A stretch of DNA of 64,000 nt from Trichinella spiralis. Its lineage: Eukaryota. The position numbers and the translations under genes are program-made. Shown here piece by piece: positions 54,895-64,000 of this stretch; the stretch's first letter is position 1; each line of letters opens with the position of its first letter. The notes beneath the pieces are model-generated. The model was not told the DNA's origin and did no database searches. It saw nothing but the letters and a program-made list of their open reading frames with translations. The DNA is taken from positions 3,807,348 through 3,871,347 of the forward strand of contig NW_003526941.1 in NCBI RefSeq assembly GCF_000181795.1. The letters run 5' to 3'.

Positions 54895-56663
54895 CTCTAT
54901 ATGCTATTATTACTATAGCAATTGCCTCCTAAATGCTTGACACTGGCCAATTTGTGCCCAGCATTATTTCAGTAAGACATAGGAAAGCTGCTCTTTGCTA
55001 CAGAGCACTTTTAGTTACCACCCTTGAAACTGTCATAATGGCCTGAAATTGTTCCCTTCATCCTCAAAACTGACTCCTGAAAGATCGTACGATGTCGCTG
55101 TCTTGCCTATAACACTAACTTATACAGATGCACTGGTTTTTTATCATTGAGAGAAAGGGTCTATTTCCATAAATGTTGTCAGTATTGATAAATGAAACCA
55201 CGCCTGATAGTTATGCATGAAAAGTTAGTGAAGGAAAGCGAATCACATTCTGACAACTTTTACCTCCACCACCCTGCTACCTCTCCCTCCTTCCTTCTTT
55301 GCTGTTCCCTTCCTACTCTTTTCCCGTCTTAAAGCTGTTTACATTACTATAAATCTGAAAACGTATTTCATTTTTGAAACTGTTTTCAGTAGAAGCCGTT
55401 TTTTTTATTATGCATATAATTTTGATTTGTAGAAAGTCATTTACAAAATATAAATTATTGTATTTTTAGTAATTTGCAATGCTTCAGATTATTAAAAGTT
55501 TGTTTCAGTTTATTTTAGTAAAAGAAATTTGCATAATATTGCTCTATTACGTAATAGTGCACTATTACGTAATAATGCAGTAATACGTATTAATATGAAG
55601 TGTGTAAATAAAAACGTAATAAATTTCATCGTCTCGTTTAATAACGCTGTTCATGATATTTATTCTAGTGCGCTATTAGTGATGGAAAATTAGGTTGTTC
55701 TTCCGGAGGCAAAGTAAATAGTCATTTGCATAATTTACTTGCTATTATACATTTAATCAGAGCACTTTGATTACATTAGGTTATTCAGTTCACTGCAATG
55801 CTATCAGTCTGGCAGGTGGTCAACTACAATTCCGCTCTTCAACACCATCCGTGAATAACTGGTAAGTTCGATTTGATATTTTGGTGGTGGTATGCTATGC
55901 ATGTTACTTTACTTATATGGTGAATGGAAACTGACGGGTCTCTTTATAGTTTTGTTATTGCTAACTTTCAGGTACATCAGATGGTGAAGACGAAGAAATT
56001 CTTTGTTTTTTATTTTGAGATATAATTTACTTTCAGAATTGACATTATTTTATATTCATATCAATGAATATGAAACAACCAGATTGTGAAAGCTAACTGA
56101 ATGAGGTAAATATGCGTCATAATAATTTTTCACTCCTGTTTGTTTGTAATTATGTTCTTTTCCGTGTAGGATAGCACCACCATCAGCATCGCATCACTTT
56201 AATCTTCATTTTGGCATCATGTAACTGATATCACATATTGGTTGTGTTGGATTTTCATAAATTTTAAATTTGAATATTACATTGTAAATATGGCTTTTTA
56301 AATGTACAACCATATCTAATACAGTGCAATATCTGGAAAGAGTTAAGATGAACGATATCCTGTTTATATACTTGTAAGTAGTGCACCAATATTACTTCTC
56401 AGTTTATTCTTTTCGTACATTTTATTTGTACTGACAATAGCAATTGTAATGATACTTATAAGAAACAGCCATATTGTAAGAAAATAATTGAAGACGAATA
56501 ACAGTGCATCATAATTTCTAAATTCCATTCTTTGATTTTCTTTCTTTGATTTAATCCTTCTTTTTGGTTTAATCATCTCCTTGTCGATGTTTCCCTTGTG
56601 AAAGTCAAGAATTCTAACTGTTCTCCTTCTGAGCTTTTTCATCGTAACAGTACGAATGAATTA
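54895..56663. repeat. Left arm (near-identical part, ~1.77 kb) of the large palindrome
   Basis: Reverse complement of ~62217-64000. The window end ...gcatatagag pairs with ctctatatgc at 54895. Twin ORFs 56364..56642- and 62238..62438+. Confidence 0.95.
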
Positions 56664-58534
56664 AATATTCTTTATTGTATAAATAGATGACGTCCAACTA
56701 TCGGTGAAGTGTGGATTCGCAATGAATTCTGCACTCAAGTAGTTGAGGTTTCCATCCAGGCGTTCAAAAAGCGTATGACAAAAATCAGCAACTATTCAGT
56801 TTGTTTCGATAGCTGACGAAATGAATGCAGTATTCGATATAGGTAAAAGTGGATAATATTTATAATTGTAACAGATGACGACAGCACAAGCTCCAGACCA
56901 TCGAAGCTTTCGTATACATCTGGCCATTTATTAGTTTGAGTTGTCGTCAGACTGTTCCTGAAGTGATATGACAATTTAATTACAGATTTTTTTGATAGGT
57001 ATTATATCTCGTGTAGTTTTGTACTGGCCCTCTACCGTGGGTAGGAGCTCCGGGAAACTAAGGCGCTCACTAACTATTTCAGTTTGGTTTGCTTATCACA
57101 AAGAGTAAGAAGGAATTGGATATTGTTCATGACAGCAATAAAGTACGTTAAAACAATCGAACAGGTATTATTTTGCTAGACATCCTGTCGCTATGGTAAT
57201 TCAAGTTGGCATCAAGGAGTTCGAAATGAAGTATTTGGATTTGTTTCTGATAGCCGTAGCATACGTAATCAAAATTGAACTTGCATAGAGTTGCTGTACA
57301 CACACTGCCACTGTGGTTGATCCGGTTGGCATCAGGGCAATAAGTATGACAAATTAGTAATAATTTTGCTCGTTTTGATCAGTGACAGCGGTCACTCTGC
57401 GATGTTGCTTATGACAGATGAATGTTTAATTGAATATTTTATAGGGTGCTAACATATTTTAGAGCTTGCTAAATAACAATCATCAAACAGCTTATGATTA
57501 ACAAAGTAAGCTTTTCTGCAAATTTTTACGCTTAGTAAATACAATAACGATGCGCTGTTATTCCTCTTCAATTACTTTTTATAATATGACTGTTTTATTA
57601 TTATTTTTTTAGCATGCTTTACTTTTACTGAATTTCAAATTTTAGATGAAATTGCATTCTTTGATAACTATGCGTTATTGAATATCCGGTTACTGCTATT
57701 CAACTCTTACCGTATGTACATTTTTCTTTTGTGTACTGTGTAAGTTAACTATAAATTGTAAATGGTAAAACTTTTTGTCGTTTCAGTTTTTCACGTTTTT
57801 TCTTCTCAGAGGTAGCAGCGTTTTCAAGATTATTGAAGTTTACGTAAGAATTCATTTTTGATCCGGATTCACAGATTCAAGTAAACGCAACATGGCTAAG
57901 TAAATAGCTGTAAGTGTACATGTAGATTCAATGTAATTAAATGTCAGGTAAGTAGTGTTCAGGGTGAGTATAAGTAGTTTAATTTATACAACAATAAGTA
58001 GTTTCTTTCAAATTTGTATACTTATTTAAGAACCAGATGCACTGTTATTCGTCTTCAATTACTTTTTATAATATGGCTGTTTCATATCAACTTTATTGTA
58101 TAATATTTTTAATATACCTATAGTTTTATAAATATTATTTATAATTTATAGATGTATATATTACAAAGATTAGTATTTGCACATCATAGCAATGAATTAC
58201 GTTTTCACTAATCCTCTGAGCTCGCAAGTGCTGCAGTTTGGCTCACTTTGGTAATAAATTGCAATACTGTGCGTGCATATTGTATTTTTTTATTTTCAAT
58301 ATTCAATTTTGGTTTTTAATTTAAACAGATTTTTATAATCAATTTTTAGATTATTTTTATTTACATTTATTTTTAGATCTGCATTTGTATAAATGCTACG
58401 TAGTAGTAATTAGCGTACAGGTAAGTTGAGGTAAGTGGAGTAAAGGTTTGCGTAGGGAAAGTTAATTATGGCTAAATTATGATGCTAAGTGTACACGTCA
58501 GTATCAGCATAAATGATTTCTACTGGACGCTAGG

Positions 58535-58770
58535 TGGAACACAGGTAAGTATGAAGCTGCAGAGGTAGGTAGAGTACAGGTAATATAATGCTTCAGAAGT
58601 AGGTAGAGTACAGGTAAGTATAAAGTTTCGAGGTAAGGTAGAGAACAGGTAAGTATGAAGCTGCAGAGGTAGGTAGAGTACAGGTAAGTATGAAGCTGCA
58701 GAGGTAGGTAGAGTACAGGTAAGTATGAAGCTGCCGAGGGAGGGAGAGTACAAGTAAGTATGGAGCTGCC
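58535..58770 (+). repeat. 35-bp minisatellite (caggtaagtatgaagctgcagaggtaggtagagta), ~7 units
   Basis: Unit starts at 58542, 58577, 58611, 58646, 58681, 58716 and 58751. Confidence 0.95.
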
Positions 58771-58787
58771 AAAGAAGGGCGAAGAAG

Positions 58788-60015
58788 AAATTTTGAAAAT
58801 TTTTAGAATTTTGCCAGGGCGGTACTTAAAAGCCAAAAAAAAATTTGCATATTACTTCTAAAGCGATTTAAAATTTGCATAAAACTGCCCTGAGGGCAAA
58901 TACTGTGCAATAAGTGCCCTGGCATAGCTTGAGGAATATGCAATTTTATTGCCTGGGCATAGCTGGGAAAGCTGGGCTATATGTAAAAANNNNNNNNNNN
59001 NNNNNNNNNNNNNNNNNNNNNNNNNNNNNNNNNNNNNNNNNNNNNNNNNNNNNNNNNNNNNNNNNNNNNNNNNNNNNNNNNNNNNNNNNNNNNNNNNNNN
59101 NNNNNNNNNNNNNNNNNNNNNNNNNNNNNNNNNNNNNNNNNNNNNNNNNNNNNNNNNNNNNNNNNNNNNNNNNNNNNNNNNNNNNNNNNNNNNNNNNNNN
59201 NNNNNNNNNNNNNNNNNNNNNNNNNNNNNNNNNNNNNNNNNNNNNNNNNNNNNNNNNNNNNNNNNNNNNNNNNNNNNNNNNNNNNNNNNNNNNNNNNNNN
59301 NNNNNNNNNNNNNNNNNNNNNNNNNNNNNNNNNNNNNNNNNNNNNNNNNNNNNNNNNNNNNNNNNNNNNNNNNNNNNNNNNNNNNNNNNNNNNNNNNNNN
59401 NNNNNNNNNNNNNNNNNNNNNNNNNNNNNNNNNNNNNNNNNNNNNNNNNNNNNNNNNNNNNNNNNNNNNNNNNNNNNNNNNNNNNNNNNNNNNNNNNNNN
59501 NNNNNNNNNNNNNNNNNNNNNNNNNNNNNNNNNNNNNNNNNNNNNNNNNNNNNNNNNNNNNNNNNNNNNNNNNNNNNNNNNNNNNNNNNNNNNNNNNNNN
59601 NNNNNNNNNNNNNNNNNNNNNNNNNNNNNNNNNNNNNNNNNNNNNNNNNNNNNNNNNNNNNNNNNNNNNNNNNNNNNNNNNNNNNNNNNNNNNNNNNNNN
59701 NNNNNNNNNNNNNNNNNNNNNNNNNNNNNNNNNNNNNNNNNNNNNNNNNNNNNNNNNNNNNNNNNAACCTCCCTTGAGGTCAAATATTGTGCAATAAAAT
59801 GCCTTGGGCATACCTTGAGGGCATATGCAAATTTTTATTTGCCCTGGGGCATAGCCTGGGGGAAAAGCCTGGGGTTATATTTTAAAAAAATTGAAAATTT
59901 TGGAATTTTGCCTAAGGCATACCCTGGGGCGTAGCCTAAGGGCAAATAAAAATTTGCATATTGCCCCCAAGTGATTAAAAATTTGCATATTAAATAAAAT
60001 AGATTGCCTAAGGCC
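58788..60015. repeat. Satellite-like direct repeat (~200-bp unit) on both sides of a 777-N assembly gap (58990-59766)
   Basis: The same motif order (aaaatttt(a/g)gaattttgcc...aaaatttgcatatt...gaggg/tcaaata.tgtgcaataa...gggcatagc.tggg) occurs before and after the gap in the same orientation. The gap is probably a collapsed array. Confidence 0.7.
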
Positions 60016-60054
60016 TCTGTTTGTTGCAATACCGTGTACCGTATTTTCTCTTAT

Positions 60055-60352
60055 ACATTTAGATTCATACTTACCTTCTCCATGTACACCACTTACCTCT
60101 ACATTCATACTTACCTTCTCCATGTACACCACTTACCTCTACATTCATACTTACCTTCTCAAATACACCACTTACCTTTACATTCATACTTACCTTNNNN
60201 NNNNNNCTTACCTTCTCAATACACCACTTACCTTTAGATTCATACTTACCTTCTCAAATACACCACTTACCTTTACATTCATACTTCTCCATGTACACTA
60301 CTTACCTTTAGATTCATACTTACCTTCTCCATGTGTTGTTAGACTTACCTTT
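60055..60352 (-). repeat. 39-40-bp minisatellite (cattcatacttaccttctccatgtacaccacttacctcta), ~7 units, with a 10-N gap
   Basis: catacttacc recurs at 60066, 60106, 60146, 60185, 60241 and ~60316. Confidence 0.93.
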
Positions 60353-62216
60353 TCACTTTCAGTTAATGGGGGTGCTTACCACGTTGAATTCTGAATCTAA
60401 AATCAAAAATAAATTATCTAAATTGGATCTAAAATAAATTCTTGCATAACCGTTCTTTCTTTCTATTCTTTCTATTATAAATCCTTGTCTAAGCGTATCT
60501 GAAAAACTGAAACGACAAACTTTACACTTTACAATTAACGTACACAGTATACAAAAGTGAAATGTACATACGTCAGCTAAACTGGGCGGCATCAACTAGT
60601 GGTAGACCTTCGCACTGTGTAAAATGTAAAATTGTAAAATAACCGCATGTTCAATAACGCATAGTATCAAAGTTACGCATAGTCAAAGTAAAAGCATGTT
60701 CAAACAATATATAAAACAATGATTATAAAACAACCAGTGTAAAATAACATGAAGACGAATAACAGTGCATCGTTGCAAATTTGCAGAAAAATTACTTGTT
60801 GTCATTCAGGATGCAGTTGCGCGCTAAAACATTCTTAGCCTCTGATGAGCCACACCGCACTATGACCGCTGTCACTCATCAAAATGAACGAAACCTCCAC
60901 TTACTAATTTGTCATATCACTTTGGAACCGCAATGATGGCGCGGGCATCAGCGTAGTTCGCCTGTACTGACAGACAGTCAATCAGTATTTAATTTCTTTA
61001 ATCTTAGAATAAGGACAACCACACTAATTACTGTATCATTACTTGGTAATGCCATTACGCCAACTTCAACTAACGCAGAGCGCCATCAGTATGAATAGTA
61101 AAAATGTTGATGATGCAATCCATTCCTATAATGGCCAAAAGCTGTACTTATTTTTCTGATGCCACATTTAGAGCGCATTGATGTAAACTTGATATACCAT
61201 GTTGGCCAAAGCGACAGGAATTAGAAAACGCTTCAATTATGATGACGCTCCATGCTAAATTCAATAACAAGAAGCAAATAAAGTAAAATTAGATATCATT
61301 TATAATAATAACAGATCATGGAATAATAGCCAAACTCAATTAGTAGTTTGGTAGTTTGGTTTTCCCACAGTGCACTGAAAAGAAGTGTAAAAAATATCAC
61401 CAACAAAGTTCCATTGCATTTACACAACCCATTGCTATAAACTGCAAATTCGTTCTTACTCTGAAACCAGAAGTGAGAACCGTAGAGGCACATGACTGAA
61501 CACGGTAGAAACAGAGCGATAGTTAAACTAAAAAAAGGTAATAAATAACACAAAGAAATAAAACAGATTACAAATTTCTGAAAAGTAAATAATAGTGTTA
61601 TATGGACAGAATGTCTTTTGCCTTCACTCTTTCCATATATTGCATTGTAATAAATATGCTCAAACACAACCAATCTACGATATTACTTACATGATGATGC
61701 GGTTAGGATTGAAGTCATGTGGGATTGGTGTTGCTAACTTAGAATCTCAATTTCAAGAAAATCAACATGATTGCATACAAACAACAGTGAGAAATTATGA
61801 TGCATAGTTACCATATTCAGCTACATTCCATAATCTAGATGTTTCATCATCATTGATATAAATATAAATTCTGAAAGTGAATTTCCGAAGTGAAAGTGAA
61901 AAAGACCTGTCAGTTTCCATTCACAATACGAATACAATACTTACGAATGTTTCTGATTCCACACTAACAACGAACTGATGTGAGCCTGCCGCACAACGAC
62001 GTCCAGAGAATCGATAAGAGTTCAGCTCAGATGACGTAATCTGTTATTATAGAAGTTATGTCGTGCAATATACATCTAATACACGCATGTACGTGCTATC
62101 TAACTAAACAAATTCAACACTTACTCATTCATGTGAAACCACTGTAACACATGGCATGGTGAATCCAAACCTCTTCGACTTCTTCAACGCAATGTATGTA
62201 TACTATAATAAATACC

Positions 62217-64000
62217 TAATTCATTCGTACTGTTACGATGAAAAAGCTCAGAAGGAGAACAGTTGGAATTCTTGACTTTCACAAGGGAAACATCGACAAG
62301 GAGATGATTAAACCAAAAAGAAGGATTAAATCAAAGAAAGAAAATCAAAGAAAGAAAATCAAAGAATGGAATTTAGAAATTATGATGCACTGTTATTCGT
62401 CTTCAATTATTTTCTTACAATATGGCTGTTTCTTATAAGTATCATTACAATTGCTATTGTCAGTACAAATAAAATGTACAAAAAGAATAAACTGAGAAGT
62501 AATATTGGTGCACTACTTACAAGTATATAAACAGGATATCGTTCATCTTAACTCTTTCCAGATATTGCACTGTATTAGATATGGTTGTACATTTAAAAAG
62601 CCATATTTACAATGTAATATTCAAATTTAAAATTTATGAAAATCCAACACAACCAATATGTGATATCAGTTACATGATGCCAAAATGAAGATTAAAGTGA
62701 TGCGATGCTGATGGTGGTGCTATCCTACACGGAAAAAAACATAATTACAAACAAACAGGAGTGAAAAATTATTATGACGCATATTTACCTCATTCAGTTA
62801 GCTTTCACAATCTGGTTGTTTCATATTCATTGATATGAATATAAAATAATGTCAATTCTGAAAGTAAATTATATCTCAAAATAAAAAACAAAGAATTTCT
62901 TCGTCTTCACCATCTGATGTACCTGAAAGTTAGCAATAACAAAACTATAAAGAGACCCGTCAGTTTCCATTCACCATATAAGTAAAGTAACATGCATAGC
63001 ATACCACCACCAAAATATCAAATCGAACTTACCAGTAATTCACGGATGGTGTTGAAGAGCGGAATTGTAGTTGACCACCTGCCAGACTGATAGCATTGCA
63101 GTGAACTGAATAACCTAATGTAATCGAAGTGCTCTGATTAAATGTATAATAGCAAGTAAATTATGCAAATGACTATTTACTTTGCCTCCGGAAGAACAAC
63201 CTAATTTTCCATCACTAATAGCGCACTAGAATAAATATCATGAACAGCGTTATTAAACGAGACGATGAAATTTATTACGTTTTTATTTACACACTTCATA
63301 TTAATACGTATTACTGCATTATTACGTAATAGTGCACTATTACGTAATAGAGCAATATTATGCAAATTTCTTTTACTAAAATAAACTGAAACAAACTTTT
63401 AATAATCTGAAGCATTCCAAATTACTAAAAATACAATAATTTATATTTTGTAAATGACTTTCTACAAATCAAAATTATATGCATAATAAAAAAAATGGCT
63501 TCTACTGAAAACAGTTTCAAAAATGAAATACGTTTTCAGATTTATAGTAATGTAAACAGCTTTAAGACGGGAAAAGAGTAGGAAGGGAACAGCAAAGAAG
63601 GAAGGAGGGAGAGGTAGCAGGGTGGTGGAGGTAAAAGTTGTCAGAATGTGATTCGCTTTCCTTCACTAACTTTTCATGCATAACTATCAGGCGTGGTTTC
63701 ATTTATCAATACTGACAACATTTATGGAAATAGACCCTGTCTCTCAATGATAAAAAACAAGTGCATCTATATAAGTTAGTGTTATTGGCAAGACAGCGAC
63801 ATCGTACGATCTTTCAGGAGTCAGTTTTGAGGATGAAAGGAACAATTTCAGGCCATTCTGACAGTTTCAAGGGTGGTAGCTAAAAGTGCTCTGAAGCAAA
63901 GAGCAGCTTTCCTATGTCTTACTGAAATAATGCTGGGCACAAATTGGCCAGTGTCAAGCATTTAGGGGAGCAATTGCTATAGTGATAATAGCATATAGAG
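62217..64000. repeat. Right arm of the large palindrome, truncated by the window end
   Basis: Reverse complement of 54895-56663 with a few SNPs and one 14-bp tandem duplication (tcaaagaaagaaaa, ~62331-62358). Confidence 0.95.

Noticed and set aside
58858..59811. ORFs of 268-317 aa across 58.9-59.8 kb
   Set aside because: They are artefacts of translating the N gap.
58504..60394. Minisatellites as a CRISPR array, U1 snRNA genes or repeat-protein ORFs
   Set aside because: The context is eukaryotic, with no unique spacers and no cas genes. Only the 11-nt U1 5'-end match is present, without the U1 body. The ORFs just translate the repeat.
56364..62438. Twin ORFs MKKLRRRTV... in the palindrome arms
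   Set aside because: They are low-complexity and AT-rich, and a 14-bp duplication frameshifts one copy relative to the other, so there is no sign of coding constraint.
51000..64000. Autonomous transposon (transposase, reverse transcriptase or Rep/helicase) in the repeat region
   Set aside because: No long ORF or catalytic motif is visible, and I could not identify target-site duplications or termini.

Overview
This is AT-rich, intron-containing eukaryotic DNA that looks like a clade I nematode (Trichinella-like; inferred from gene content and intron style, not verified). About 2.8-50.4 kb is a gene island with six spliced genes: a dyc-1/CAPON (NOS1AP) PTB adaptor (-), a secreted EB-module protein (+), a secreted PAN/apple-domain protein (-), a UTX/KDM6 H3K27 demethylase (-), propionyl-CoA carboxylase alpha (+), and a giant (~3,150 aa) ACE-family protein (+). 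The ACE protein has five tandem M2 domains, only the second keeps the HEMGH zinc motif, and it probably ends in a GPI-anchor exon. The island is bracketed by an inverted repeat pair (1-~1030 vs ~51230-52259). The last 9 kb is a large imperfect palindrome centred on a satellite and assembly gap. Its inner ends carry two different inward-facing minisatellites, both built from 5' splice-site (U1-complementary) motifs. Exon boundaries were read by eye and some are approximate.
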